A DNA stretch of 64,000 nt from Albugo candida. Taxonomy: Eukaryota. Of this stretch, positions 1-11,462 are shown in pieces. Where the stretch lies: positions 186,001 through 250,000 of the forward strand of contig JBDOQK010000053.1 of the NCBI GenBank assembly GCA_040437565.1. Direction: 5' to 3'. The notes under the pieces were generated by a model. The model saw only the letters and a program-made list of their open reading frames with translations, was not told the DNA's origin and did no database searches. A program made the position numbers and the translations under genes. How positions within the stretch are numbered: position 1 is the stretch's first letter; the number at the start of each line of letters is the position of its first letter.

Positions 1-2
1 GC

Positions 3-56
3 GCACCAAAGCCAGCCACGCTTGCGGATAATACCGAAGAAGATGACGAGGAATAA
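3..56 (+). CDS. Possible 3' end of a gene entering from the left edge (APKPATLADNTEEDDEE*)
   Basis: Open frame from the window edge to TAA at 54-56 with an acidic C-terminus; too short to identify. Confidence 0.3.
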   Translation, partial: APKPATLADNTEEDDEE

Positions 57-258
57 ATGTTTGATCATTAAAACAAAGCGTGCATCATTGAAGACAACAC
101 AATGCTTTGAAGCTGTTCTAAAGTGTAGGACCATCTACTTGGCTGTAATTGATCATAAATCCACTCATTCAAATCCGATCATTACGGTGATTAGAAGAGA
201 AGTCGACTTTTGTATTGTATCATGACTAGTCCACTATGCAACCAAGTCCACCTTTGTG

Positions 259-708
259 TCAATACAGATAACGTCGTGCAAGTGTCTTTACGCGGGCATC
301 AAATATCTCCGATGCAATCTTTGTGTCATATTCGTAAAATGGATTCATCAGCAGCTATAATTGCATAGAGCCATTTCCTCAAATTTTTACGTAAGAACTG
401 ATGTGGCGTACCTTCAAATAAAGCTCGTAGAGCTCGAGGAAAAAGCTTTTGATAGCGTCATCATTGCGCGAATCATGCAACAGTAGGAATTTTAGATTTG
501 TCGCTGTCACGAACGCTGAAACGTATTGATCATTGAACGTATCGACTACTTTTAAAGCCATTGCTGAAGTCGTCCAAGTCATTTCATCAACCACATCCAA
601 CGCTGAGTGTATTAGGAATTCATTCACGTGCGCGTTTTCTTCCTTGCGATTTTTAAATTCGACCTTGTACAGCGGTTCTTTGGTCCCTACAAGCATTAGC
701 ACCGACAT
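259..708 (-). CDS. TRAPPC2: Trafficking protein particle complex subunit 2 (sedlin/Trs20), 2 exons
   Basis: HVNEFLIHSALDVVDEMTW..ALKVVDTFNDQYVSAFVTA..FLLLHD matches sedlin; GT-AG intron 411-355 joins LYLK to LLMNPFYEYDTKIASEIFDARVKTLARRYL. Confidence 0.9.
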
Positions 709-841
709 GATGTAATGTGTTGTCGAGTNNNNNNNNNNNNNNNNNNNNNNNNNNNNNNNNNNNNNNNNNNNNNNNNNNNNNNNNNNNNNNNNNNNNNNNN
801 NNNNNNNNNNNNNNNNNNNNNNNNNNNNCTAGGCAAAACTA

Positions 842-1645
842 ATGAAAGATTCGACTTCTAATGAACCGGATGCTTATTCAGCGACATCTGTTGCTCTTTC
901 GAAACGAGTTGGAATTGACTTGACGGCAGCGCTACTTGCCTCACTGAATGTATCACCATTCATATCTATAGTAGACCGTGGAATAGTGGAGAACGCCAAT
1001 GGATCTCGTCCTCTGTTCGCGAATATAAAACACCTCTTGCTCTCATTTATCACCAGTCCCGTACAATTTATGTGCAAAAGACGCGAATTTCATTTAGTGT
1101 ATGGGCTGTACGCCGCAACATACGCAACAGCTAACATCAGTGATACGATTTGCGAATGGAAAAGCGTGGATAAAGAGATGCCCAAATTCTTATGCACAAC
1201 AGCTGTCAACATGACATTATGCATTGCTAAAGATCGCGCATTCACCCGTATGTTTGGAACCATACGACCAACAGCATTTCCGCTTTCATCGATCGCTCTT
1301 TTTGCGGTTCGTGATTCGTTGACTGTTGCCGCCTCTTTCAATGCACCAAAAATACTAGCAGAACAAATACGAGCACATTCAGACATGGAAATAGGTAAAG
1401 CTTCAATTATCGCACAATTATTTTGTCCAGCTGCAATTCAATTCATTTCTACACCTCTTCACCTACTCGGACTCGATCTATACAACAATCGCCACGCCGC
1501 ACCCAAACGGCGTTTCCGTTTTATCACAAAGGAGTATTTCAAGTCTGCAGCTGCACGGATAGGACGTATTGGACCCGCATTTGGGCTTGGGAGTATCGGA
1601 AATAATTTTTACAAGGCTCGATTACGCGTTTTGGTGGAAAAGTAG
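842..1645 (+). CDS. Conserved membrane protein, probably mitochondrial (resembles S. pombe C365.16-like family of fungi/protists)
   Basis: 267 aa intronless ORF with motifs SPFISIVDRGIVENA, LYAATYATAN, KDRAFTRMFG, RDSLTVAASF, STPLHLLGLDLYN and RIGPAFGLG recalled from this family. Confidence 0.55.
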   Translation: MKDSTSNEPDAYSATSVALSKRVGIDLTAALLASLNVSPFISIVDRGIVENANGSRPLFANIKHLLLSFITSPVQFMCKRREFHLVYGLYAATYATANISDTICEWKSVDKEMPKFLCTTAVNMTLCIAKDRAFTRMFGTIRPTAFPLSSIALFAVRDSLTVAASFNAPKILAEQIRAHSDMEIGKASIIAQLFCPAAIQFISTPLHLLGLDLYNNRHAAPKRRFRFITKEYFKSAAARIGRIGPAFGLGSIGNNFYKARLRVLVEK

Positions 1646-1749
1646 CAATGTTATAACACAGCATGTATTGTATCAATTATTAAAAGATATATTACTGTTT
1701 CATATAACAAGATTCAAGTGTCCGCTGCCTGCATCGAGTGATGTTCTTT

Positions 1750-2318
1750 CTACAGGTGGAGGATTCCGCCACAATTCCGCTCGATAAGCTTGTGATCGTT
1801 GCATGCCCAAATACTAATAATAAAGATGTCATAAATCTGTATTGAGTTCCTGAGGTTACGTACCGTAAAGTAGAATTGAGCGGACAGAATAAACGATCGA
1901 GATAGAAGCAAGAAACATTTCCACATGTTGAAGCTTTTCCACGCCGAAATACTGCCAATCAGTAACGCCACTGACATCATTTGGAGAAGTAACAAAGCTG
2001 CATTTCCAAGAAAATACTACAACACCGAATGATTATATGCATAGAAAGAATGCCGAGCGAGCTACTCACAAAATGTATCAGTGTGATCTTTTTCTGCGTG
2101 GCTGGTACTCCTGAGCCAAAATATCCAAGCAAAGCAACGATAACTCCAAGACAAAAACACCACCAAAAGCGGTGAAATAGAATCAAACAAGTACAATTGA
2201 TTCCCAGCTGTATCAGTGCTATCAGATGGCACGATTCGCGATTCTCATAGACCGCAGCTGCATTTTTCGTCGTGAACTCAAAAGGCTTCATGACCTTTCT
2301 TGGTGTATCTTTGCCGAC
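1750..2318 (-). CDS. Multi-exon hypothetical multi-pass membrane protein; 5' end lost in the gap at 2319-2418
   Basis: Consecutive minus-strand frames with ~4 hydrophobic segments (LIALIQLGINCTCLILF, FWWCFCLGVIVALLGYFG, AALLLLQMMSVALLIG) joined by plausible short introns; 3' end uncertain. Confidence 0.5.
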
Positions 2319-2469
2319 NNNNNNNNNNNNNNNNNNNNNNNNNNNNNNNNNNNNNNNNNNNNNNNNNNNNNNNNNNNNNNNNNNNNNNNNNNNNNNNNNN
2401 NNNNNNNNNNNNNNNNNNTGCACCACGTAATTCCAGTTTAAGTAGGATACAAGTTTTCGTGGGCATCAA

Positions 2470-3246
2470 ATGCTTGGAATTACGCGACGCTCATTTCGTG
2501 CAATTACACAAGCGCAGCGTCTGACACGTCTCTCCGCCTTGCGACCATCGATTACTCGTTCGATGTCGGACATGCATAACGACGCAGATAGTGATTCTGA
2601 GCTGTATGATCCGTACAAAGAGTATGAAAAAGCGACGGGCGATGCAACATATCGCACCATCGATGCTCGAAAAGAACAATCAGGCGACATTTTCATATGG
2701 GCGGAACCAGAAGACGTAATGCAGGATAAAAGCTGGCCGCAAACAACAGGAAATGAGCTTTTGGAAGAGTTTTATAATCTTTCAGAAAAGCCAATGGAGA
2801 AACGAAAAATGGACTTGGTGTTACAGGAAGTATTTCGGCGTATTCAACATCCCAAATCAATTGACGATATCGCATTACCACAAATGAGCATTAAAATTCC
2901 TGAAGACAATCCCGATCGAGAGCAATTGGAGCAAATGAAACTCGCATTGATGAATAATGGCCACTTATCGATGGACGATAAAAATGAGATATTACTGGGG
3001 CTTATCGACGAACTTGAAAATACAAGAGCGGATCCCACTCCAATTTTCGATTTAGATGAGCTCGAGAGGTACAAGAGCGAATTACTCCAGCAAGAGCAAG
3101 AAGCGGAGGAGGAAGAAGAAGAAGAAGACGATGATGATGACGACGACGATGACGACGATGATGAAGGAGAAGAGTATAGCGGAGAATATGAAGCACAGTA
3201 CGACTTGGAGAGCATTGTTAGTAAGATCCATCCGCCAAAACCGTAG
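2470..3246 (+). CDS. Hypothetical protein with mitochondrial-type presequence and long E/D tract
   Basis: 258 aa ORF; R/S/T/A-rich N-terminus without acidic residues (MLGITRRSFRAITQAQRLTRLSALRPSITRSMS); poly-E/D near the C-terminus. Confidence 0.65.
   Translation: MLGITRRSFRAITQAQRLTRLSALRPSITRSMSDMHNDADSDSELYDPYKEYEKATGDATYRTIDARKEQSGDIFIWAEPEDVMQDKSWPQTTGNELLEEFYNLSEKPMEKRKMDLVLQEVFRRIQHPKSIDDIALPQMSIKIPEDNPDREQLEQMKLALMNNGHLSMDDKNEILLGLIDELENTRADPTPIFDLDELERYKSELLQQEQEAEEEEEEEDDDDDDDDDDDDEGEEYSGEYEAQYDLESIVSKIHPPKP
3106..3172 (+). repeat. GAR/GAY trinucleotide low-complexity tract encoding poly-Glu/Asp
   Basis: gaggaggaagaagaagaagaagacgatgatgatgacgacgacgat... Confidence 0.8.
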
Positions 3247-3262
3247 TCTATTCAGAAAATTA

Positions 3263-4399
3263 TTACAGTTCTCCATGGACTTGTGCATCAGCTGGTGCTG
3301 AATGTTTCGCTTCCTCTACCTCTTTTTCCAAAAGTTTTTTCGTCTTTTCAAGATTTCTCTTGCTTGAAATCACAATATCGTGGGAATCTCCATAGATTTT
3401 TCGTGCAATTTGATGAGCTTTGCGCATCAGTTTGTACGCTGCAGAGATTTCTTTATGGTGTACTTTTACTCCGCTCAATGTGTTAAGTGCGAAAGCGTAA
3501 CTCAGACTTTTGGGACCGTCACGCTTTTTCAGTATCTCGCGTGCTTGCTTTGCAGCAAATGACGCATACTCCAAGTTTCCAAGCTGTAGCTGAACATTAG
3601 CAAGATCCATATAAATCTCTCCAACGCCAAGCTGTAACAAAGCAGAAGCAAGCTCTGGATACTGATCATCATTCTTATCGTACATGATGAGCTCTTGTGG
3701 AGGTGAAATGAATCCACCGATATTGCCGAGTAACTTTTCGTAAACTCGAACCGCCTGTTCTAATTTCCCAAGCTTTCGATACGCCTGCCCAATTTTCCTT
3801 CCAGACTCCATATACGCTTCATGCTGAAGTCCAAGACCGCGTCGAACGTGAAAAAGCAAGATTTTAAATTTTTTCACCGCATTTTCGTATTGTTTATTCT
3901 CAAAGTAGGCGTTTGCGAGATTCCTCATCGAGAGACCATACGACGGGTGTGAACTCCCAAACAGCTTCTTGTTGTACGAAACAGTGTCTTCAAGCACATG
4001 GATCGCTTCTTCGTACTGTTCAGCGCGCATCAATATATTACCGTAATCATTTAGCACCTGAGTGAGTAAAATCGCATCCATTTGACGAATTAAATCTTTC
4101 AAATTGGGCGATTTGCTCTTTTCAGTCGGTATTTCGCTCTTTTTCTTCCAAAACACGCGATTATGTAAAGTTGAAACAGCCTCTCGCACAATGTGTATGC
4201 TTTGATTGTAATCTTGTAGATCATTCAGACGCATTGCTTCGTTTCGTACTTCACGTACGCGCTGAATTTCAGGATCGCTGTCGTGTATGCTTGTCGCTTC
4301 TTTTTGAAGCGCAGTTTGTGCATCGGATTCCTCATTTGCCTGGCACCAGAGCGCGGTCCATACGAAAAAGAAAACCCAACATGTCAAGTTCTTGTTCAT
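3263..4399 (-). CDS. Signal-peptide TPR-repeat protein (kinesin-light-chain-like TPRs) with C-terminal HGEL
   Basis: Hydrophobic N-terminus (LTCWVFFFVWTALWCQA); TPR-like repeats (VLNDYGNILMRAEQYEEAIHVLED, HPSYGLSMRNLANAYFENKQYENA); ends HGEL*. Confidence 0.75.
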   Translation of the reverse strand: MNKNLTCWVFFFVWTALWCQANEESDAQTALQKEATSIHDSDPEIQRVREVRNEAMRLNDLQDYNQSIHIVREAVSTLHNRVFWKKKSEIPTEKSKSPNLKDLIRQMDAILLTQVLNDYGNILMRAEQYEEAIHVLEDTVSYNKKLFGSSHPSYGLSMRNLANAYFENKQYENAVKKFKILLFHVRRGLGLQHEAYMESGRKIGQAYRKLGKLEQAVRVYEKLLGNIGGFISPPQELIMYDKNDDQYPELASALLQLGVGEIYMDLANVQLQLGNLEYASFAAKQAREILKKRDGPKSLSYAFALNTLSGVKVHHKEISAAYKLMRKAHQIARKIYGDSHDIVISSKRNLEKTKKLLEKEVEEAKHSAPADAQVHGEL

Positions 4400-4425
4400 A
4401 TCACTGGATCAGCGCTGATATTATT

Positions 4426-7368
4426 TTACATTTGGTTTTTGTATGCAAAGTGTACCGTTATGTTCTTCCAAAAAGTAATTCGATCTTGCAACAGATTCTG
4501 TAGCCGCGTAATCGTTGACTTATGTGATTGATACACATTTTCTCGGACAAAAACGCGTTTCCGATGCAATTCTTCGAGAATCATAGCGCTCGTATTTCCC
4601 TCTGTGAAAAAACCGTTCGATTCGCATTCAGTCAATGCAACTGAGTCGTCCTTGATTGCAGCATACACGCTTTCTAACGTTGCAAGGATACATTCACACA
4701 GAGCTTCTATGCCAGCTATGTACGGATGAATAGCGTCCTCTTCATCTACTTGTATCGTATCATCGCTTGCATTCTTCTCAACAATAAGAGAAAGCATGAT
4801 TTCAACCCATAAACCCGGCATCAACACAAGTTGCACGATACAAGACACCCCAAACGCCGATAGAATCGAGCGAGAAAATGACTGATACATCGCCGTACAA
4901 ATTTCCGATCCAATCGATTGATACTCTTTTTGTAATTTCTGAATCTTTGTGTTGAAGTCATTCAAAGTGCAAGCAGCCGGAACGTCCAAAGTCTCAATGA
5001 CGCCAGCGGACCATATCCAAATACGCTGCCGAAGATCTGTGTGATTGTCGTTGGTGAGATCGAGGGCTGACAGGTATTCCCTGTATAATGGAGCGAATTC
5101 CGGTGGAAATATGGGAAGCATTTGAGTCGAAGAAGCCATTTTGCGGAATGTATCGGCAGTTAAAATCTGCAATCTCATCCAAATGATTGCGGTTTTCTCG
5201 GAAGCAGATCGGTCACACTCAACAAGCCCATTCCCATCTTGTTGGAAGGAATCGGAGGCCGGAATACAGCAAGTAGAAGACCACTTGACAGACACATTGC
5301 GATGTTGATTGAATGCAAAGTCCTCAGCGATGTATCTCTGAAGCGTATCGAGGTCTTGCTCAAACGATTTCGATGCGAATAGCTGCGAAAGCGCATTTGA
5401 TCCCTCCCCCATCGCTTCCATCATATTGTATTGCAATAATTCGCAGTGGGAATTCGCATGCACATACGATTTACGTAATTTGTTGTGTAAAAATGTGGTC
5501 ATATCAATGACTTTGGTGTAAATTCCCAATCGATACGCTCGGGCGATGTAATCCTTCAAATCTATTTCACAAGTACGATGCAATCGGACGACTCTGCTGC
5601 ATAATTGACGCGATTCAGGTAAGTGGCCCAATTGAATCAGCTTATCGAAAATCAGATACGATAAAGATTCTTGCTGAATGTGTTTGACCTGTAGCTCAGT
5701 AAATCGATCCAGCATTGCTTGACAAGCTCCCAAGTAGCCATACACTTGACACAGTAATAGCTTCATTTGGAAATTATACGCACTATTGGCCAAGCCAAGC
5801 TCCAGTAAGGCAGCAGTATCGATCAAGAGCTCATATCGTACGTGAGGTCCAATTTCAGAATTGGATCGTTGGTGGACATCGAGGAGAGTATGAGCGGCCA
5901 ACAGAATAAGATCATCGGTATGCTGCACTTCACGTTGTCCTCCTTGTGCTCCAGAATTGATAAAGCTCATACTGTGGTACTTGTGGAGATACTCTGTTAC
6001 GAGATGACGCATTTTCATTATTGGATCGTCTTCGTACGCATTAAAAAATCTCAAAATCTTTTGCTGCAATAGGTACTGGTTCAATTCCGCCAATGTTACG
6101 CTACTGCCGGAAATTCCGTGTGTTGAATCCACTAATCGCCTCACTTGATCGAGAAAGCGTGTTTTTGTCTCTGTCGATACGGTCGGATCTTCAGTCTGGC
6201 TTTCAAACAATGCAAAATACTGCTTTACGTCTGAAAAGCAGCAAGCTTTTGTGTGAAATTTAGCCAAATACATTACTAACTGATCCGCTATTTCGATCTC
6301 TAAACGACAGAGAACCTCAGTGGAGCTATTTTGCATTCGAATTATTTTGAAAAGTTGTGCCTTTAAATGAATAACAGCCAAAAAAGGACCACGTAAGTAC
6401 CGATTTTTCTCTTTGCATTGAAGCTGTCTCAGTACTTCCAATGCTCTCACTTCAGCAACGAGAACGTCATCGGTCTCCTCCAATATCGCTGAAAGATAAC
6501 CGGTCAAAGAAACCCAATCATCTGCATCATACTCTTCGAGAAGCTTCTGATACACTCTGATTCCTCGAGACCATTCTTTACATTCAATGGCAAGCGAAGC
6601 CTCCAATTGGAGCTGATCGATAAGCTGTAAAGGCCCCAATTCAATATCCTCATCATGCACTCCATCACCTTCTGCTGCTCTTGGCTTGCTTGATGTCAAC
6701 GATCTTTTATCCTCTACACCATTTTGACTGGAAATCATTAGCGGTACCAATGTATCAAACCATTCGAGCGCTTCCGCATACTTTTTTTGAGCTTTTAAAA
6801 TCTCAATTAATATCAATACCATTTCTCCGCTAATCACACAATGAGAGCTTTTGTATGCTTTTTGAAGCATTTTCTCAGCCAATAAAATGACTTTTTCACT
6901 TGCGTTTTCAACGCGAATTTGCATAAACATACTCACACACGCCCAACAGAGATATTTCACGACATTTCCGCCCATAGCTTTATACAATTTGAGCGCTGTC
7001 TGCTGCTGCTTGAGTAAGCTTCCATGACGAGCATATGACGAGAAGAGATTCACATATAATTCCTCGTTGATGGGATTGGAGTGCGCGCACGCGTATTCCA
7101 AAGTGGGGAGCATTTCGACTTCAGCGCCACAGGAGCGAAAAACCAAAGACATTGTGTTAAGTACTGTTTCGTCGGTAGGATTCTGCTTTTGAGCTTGTCG
7201 ACAAAAAGCTAATGCATTGGCAACAAGTCCAAGACGCTCGTAACAATGAGCGCGTAGCACTTGTACCAAGTCGATATGCGCTATTTTCTTATTCTCCGTC
7301 AAACGAATTGCATGCTTGTACTGATGCTCGTCAATTGCTTTGTAAATGGGACCGAGCAATCGCTGCAT
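4426..7368 (-). CDS. NAA25: N-alpha-acetyltransferase 25, NatB auxiliary subunit (Mdm20)
   Basis: 980 aa; RLLGPIYKAID, QQQTALKLYK, RGPFLA, KACCFSDVKQY, DDLILLAAH, NFQMKLLLCQVYGYLGA, LQVKHIQQESLSY. Confidence 0.9.
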   Translation of the reverse strand: MQRLLGPIYKAIDEHQYKHAIRLTENKKIAHIDLVQVLRAHCYERLGLVANALAFCRQAQKQNPTDETVLNTMSLVFRSCGAEVEMLPTLEYACAHSNPINEELYVNLFSSYARHGSLLKQQQTALKLYKAMGGNVVKYLCWACVSMFMQIRVENASEKVILLAEKMLQKAYKSSHCVISGEMVLILIEILKAQKKYAEALEWFDTLVPLMISSQNGVEDKRSLTSSKPRAAEGDGVHDEDIELGPLQLIDQLQLEASLAIECKEWSRGIRVYQKLLEEYDADDWVSLTGYLSAILEETDDVLVAEVRALEVLRQLQCKEKNRYLRGPFLAVIHLKAQLFKIIRMQNSSTEVLCRLEIEIADQLVMYLAKFHTKACCFSDVKQYFALFESQTEDPTVSTETKTRFLDQVRRLVDSTHGISGSSVTLAELNQYLLQQKILRFFNAYEDDPIMKMRHLVTEYLHKYHSMSFINSGAQGGQREVQHTDDLILLAAHTLLDVHQRSNSEIGPHVRYELLIDTAALLELGLANSAYNFQMKLLLCQVYGYLGACQAMLDRFTELQVKHIQQESLSYLIFDKLIQLGHLPESRQLCSRVVRLHRTCEIDLKDYIARAYRLGIYTKVIDMTTFLHNKLRKSYVHANSHCELLQYNMMEAMGEGSNALSQLFASKSFEQDLDTLQRYIAEDFAFNQHRNVSVKWSSTCCIPASDSFQQDGNGLVECDRSASEKTAIIWMRLQILTADTFRKMASSTQMLPIFPPEFAPLYREYLSALDLTNDNHTDLRQRIWIWSAGVIETLDVPAACTLNDFNTKIQKLQKEYQSIGSEICTAMYQSFSRSILSAFGVSCIVQLVLMPGLWVEIMLSLIVEKNASDDTIQVDEEDAIHPYIAGIEALCECILATLESVYAAIKDDSVALTECESNGFFTEGNTSAMILEELHRKRVFVRENVYQSHKSTITRLQNLLQDRITFWKNITVHFAYKNQM

Positions 7369-7428
7369 GCGTTAATTCTGAGCCAAACGATCGAGAGATT
7401 TTACTGCGATATGATTGAACATAAATAA

Positions 7429-8414
7429 ATGTTTGCGAATCTGACTCGGAACTTGACACCAAAATGCGCTTCTTTGCGAATTCATTCGATTGCGATCGCT
7501 GGTAAGAAGCGATATTCTGTGAACAAGACATTGGCTACTGCAACATATCAACGTGCGCATCCAATTCTCCACTGCGAACGCGCTTTCTCTACGCAACAGC
7601 AGCAAAAGCGGGTTCCAATTGGAGGGGTACTTATCGTATACGCTACGAACTCTGTCTCATTATTTCCTTATAGCCTATTACGTGGACAGGACTGGCATTA
7701 GCAGCTGTTATCGGTAGTGGCGTGGTGTATTATTATTATAACGAAAAAGATCGACTGCAAACACAAAGTACCATTTTTATTATGCGGAAATTACAAAATC
7801 GATACAAGTGATGTACTGTGATTTTTCTTAGCAACCACCAAAGTCGTTTCGATAGGGAAGCCACTGCTTGGAGGACCATGGACACTGGTCGATTGTGATA
7901 CAAGACGTGCTGTCACGGATGCATCATTTCGTGGTCAGCATTTATTGTTATACTTTGGCTTCACTCATTGTCCCGATATCTGTCCAAATGAACTCGTCCG
8001 TATCGGTAATGTGCTCGACCAACTCAAACGCGATCCAAAATGCCCTCAAGTACTTCCGTTATTTATCACTGTCGACCCGAGACGCGACAGTATCGCACAG
8101 ATGCAAGCGTACAAGAAGGGTATCCTTTTGGATGAGCATTCCGCAGTAAATCTTACATGATCTCTATAGATTTCCATCCATCCATGAAGATGCTAACGGG
8201 GACACAAGAACAAGTGCGTGATGTAACGCGAGCATATCGCGTCTTCTTTAGTAAAGCAACGGAAACAGAGGAAAATGACGAGGAAGATGACGATTATCTA
8301 GTAGATCACTCGATAGTAATGTATCTTGTCGGTCCAGATGGCGAATTCCTTGATTTCTTCACGCAATCCGCGCGCGTTGGCGATATTGTCGATAAAATAA
8401 AAAGCTACTTTTAA
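7429..8414 (+). CDS. SCO1: Cytochrome c oxidase copper chaperone SCO1/SCO2, 4 exons
   Basis: Presequence, TM segment PITWTGLALAAVIG, GKPLLGGPWTLVD, YFGFTHCPDICPNEL (CxxxC), FITVDPRRD, YLVDHSIVMYL; GT-AG introns near 7627-7673, 7768-7831 and 8120-8169. Confidence 0.93.
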
Positions 8415-8907
8415 CTTACATAACGTTACTAGTAATTACATTATTGATCCATGACTAAACGCCGGAACGAATCGAGTCAGATTCGACGAGAAGATTATGA
8501 AGCACAGGAACTCGATGAGACTATGACAATTGCTGAAAAAGGCTTTGAGAAGGCTTCCGATGACCTCATCCGTCAGCGACGCATTGTAAAAGCGCGCAGT
8601 ATGCGGCAAACAACCGCTCNNNNNNNNNNNNNNNNNNNNNNNNNNNNNNNNNNNNNNNNNNNNNNNNNNNNNNNNNNNNNNNNNNNNNNNNNNNNNNNNN
8701 NNNNNNNNNNNNNNNNNNNAAACAGAGGAAAATGACGAGGAAGATGACGATTATCTAGTAGATCACTCGATAGTAATGTATCTTGTCGGTCCAGATGGCG
8801 AATTCCTTGATTTCTTCACGCAATCCGCGCGCGTTGGCGATATTGTCGATAAAATAAAAAGCTACTTTTAACTTACATAACGTTACTAGTAATTACATTA
8901 TTGATCC

Positions 8908-10226
8908 ATGACTAAACGCCGGAACGAATCGAGTCAGATTCGACGAGAAGATTATGAAGCACAGGAACTCGATGAGACTATGACAATTGCTGAAAAAGGC
9001 TTTGAGAAGGCTTCCGATGACCTCATCCGTCAGCGACGCATTGTAAAAGCGCGCAGTATGCGGCAAACAACCGCTCCTTCGAGCTCTACAAATGCACTAA
9101 ACTCATCACTTCGTACCAATCCTTTTGCCAATTTTCGAGGTTTAGTCGCTGCAAATAAATCACTGGAAAACGCGCAAACAACAAACTCAATTGGTGTAAC
9201 GTACAGCGACGAAATAAAGAAATTGAATGAGGAATTCGTTCGGTTTATCGATACGCAGAGAATCGAACATCCCAATGTTTCATGGGAAAAAGCGATTCAG
9301 GTCTGGTGACAGCTTCTGTGTAGGGATACAGTCACTGACGTGTGAATGTAAAAGGAATACTTGGAGCATGCGACTGCGATCAAAGCGAACTGTACATCAG
9401 TCGAAGAGAATGCTTCCACAAGACCCCAACCAAACAGCAATTTGATGCGGCAAATAGGTCCAAAAAAAGAGGAGAAAGCGATATGCTCATTCGGTAAGCC
9501 ATTGGATGCACAACAGCCCAAATTCAATCCATTTGGAGTCACATCGCCGGCTTTGAGCTCATTCGATAAAAGCCCCAAAGCACAAAGTGATAAGAAAGCG
9601 ATTGAGTCAGTAAATACTTTGAAATTCGGGTCGACAGCATTTGGCGTTCAAACAGCAGTTCCCAACTTTCTTCATTGCGCAAAGAAAGAGGACACACCCG
9701 TGACGAATGTGGCAGACGATGATGATGAAAATATCGGACGTGAAGAAGCCACAGTGATACTAAAGGTATCTGATGCATTTCTCAATCTCATTACCTCACT
9801 CATTCTTTTGTGAATGACTCAGTCGGAGAGTGCGGACGATAATTGCGTCTTTGAGGCGGACAAAAGCAAGCTGTACGAGTTCAAAAAAGATGAAAGTCGA
9901 TGGGCTGACAAAGGTACCAATGCTCTGCAAGTTTTGACGAGTAAGGCCAATGGAGCAGCGAGGTACGTCGCAGTTGTCGCAAGCGTCTAATCTCATACTC
10001 TCTTTCGAATAGGATTCTGATCCGAAATCAAATCGGAACAATAGTTCTCAATGCAGCTCTTTACAAAGGGATCAAAATCACGCCTCATCAAATGAATGGG
10101 AAAAAGACCGGCGTTTTGGTTTTGCTACAAGCCGAAAATGAATCCATGACGCAATTTCTCATCAAAGTAAGCACAAACAAAGTAGACGATCTGATCAGCG
10201 CATTGGAGGAAGCGCGTCCAAATTAG
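8908..10226 (+). CDS. NUP50: Nup50/Nup2-like nucleoporin with C-terminal Ran-binding domain, 4 exons
   Basis: N-terminal MTKRRNESSQIRREDYE..FEKASDDLIRQRRIVKAR (Nup50 importin-alpha-binding type); NPF/FG motifs; RanBD with KAKLYEFKKDESRWADKG and RILIRNQIGTIVLNAALY. A partial copy at 8451-8619 is a gap-overlap artefact. Confidence 0.8.
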
Positions 10227-10458
10227 ATCTCGGCTGTATGTAGATCGTATCTCTGCTAATTTGTCGAAATCAACAGTTTGTTCTTGTCGACAGTCAGTGT
10301 GAAGCATACGCTGGAGCCTTGAGCCAAATTTGCAAGAAAGAGTCCTACCCAAGCACCGTTTTCATTTCTGTGACTATCATTACGCAATTTCGCTCGACGA
10401 CGGCACATTGCTGTTCCAAACTCGAAACCGCACATTTCTTCGCCAGTGCTCTTCCTAT

Positions 10459-11462
10459 TCAAAGTTGTCGCATTTTGGCAAGCATACTCACTTCAGCGAG
10501 TGAATGTCCCGTTTTCATAGCGAATTCTTCGGCTGTTTCGTGTTTGGATAACGCGTTGAATGTTGCTGGAATTACAGTGTACGGATTTCGAGATCCATGA
10601 CATTTCGAGACAACATCAGTGATACCAAAACAGTCCAACACACACGCAACGACATCACTGACAACATTTCCTCTTCCTTCCGTCGCTATACATTCAGAAA
10701 CCGTCAATGTATCGATAGACGACGCTGTACAATCCGTAGACACTCACATGGTCGGATAAATAATGTGCAACTATTCCATTTCCCATCGACCTGATGATAC
10801 AAAGTACGATTATCGAATCGATCCACATACGTAAATCGATTAATTGCAGTCATCGTAGCGCGCTCAATCGCATCGGGAACAGAAGCTCCTTTCCCCATTG
10901 CATACCCAGCAGCTCCACGTCGATTTCCAACAACAACCATTGCTCGAAAACTCAATCGATTTTCCAACGGCATCACTTTTTGAACCTGATCCATGTGCAC
11001 AATCTGACGCAAATACCCGAGTCGTTCCAAATTGAAGCTTGCGACTTGTGTGTCCTGATCGAATTCCATATCGTCCGCGTCCTCGTCCAATTCGAGCTGA
11101 TCTTGCAGTAAGTGGACATCTGGAGGCAGTATTTGGCCTTCAATAACGGGCTCCCCCACAGAGATATGCTGCTTTTTAAACTCATTCAATAAATGTCGAC
11201 GTAATCTGCCTTTATCTTCGGGCTTGACGGCCATGTATCGATTTTTTTTGGCTGCTTTTGGCATTGTTTGACGTCGAGGCATGGAATCCTTACGCTCATC
11301 ATAAAGAAGATTATTGTACGATTCATCGCCCTCTTGAGTGTCCATTTCATCGTCATCGTCGAATCCATACGAGGAAAAATGTCGCTGAACATTTGCTGGA
11401 GAAAAATAAGCTGCAGAAGGTCGATTTTTCAAGGCGATTTGTGACACCAATTTGCGGAGCAT
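10459..11462 (-). CDS. MRPS5: Mitochondrial ribosomal protein uS5m, 2 exons
   Basis: Presequence; SFRAMVVVGNRRGAAGYAMGKG..DAIERA; VLDCFGITDVVSKCHGSRNPYTVIPATFNAL; GTGAGT...TAG intron near 10748-10686. Confidence 0.85.

Noticed and set aside
2844-3301. Poly-Ser, poly-Lys/Met and His/Arg-rich ORFs
   Set aside because: Alternate-frame and antisense shadows of the E/D trinucleotide tract.
8263-9076. Duplicated SCO1 3' end / Nup50 5' end
   Set aside because: Identical sequence on either side of gap 8620-8719; assembly artefact.
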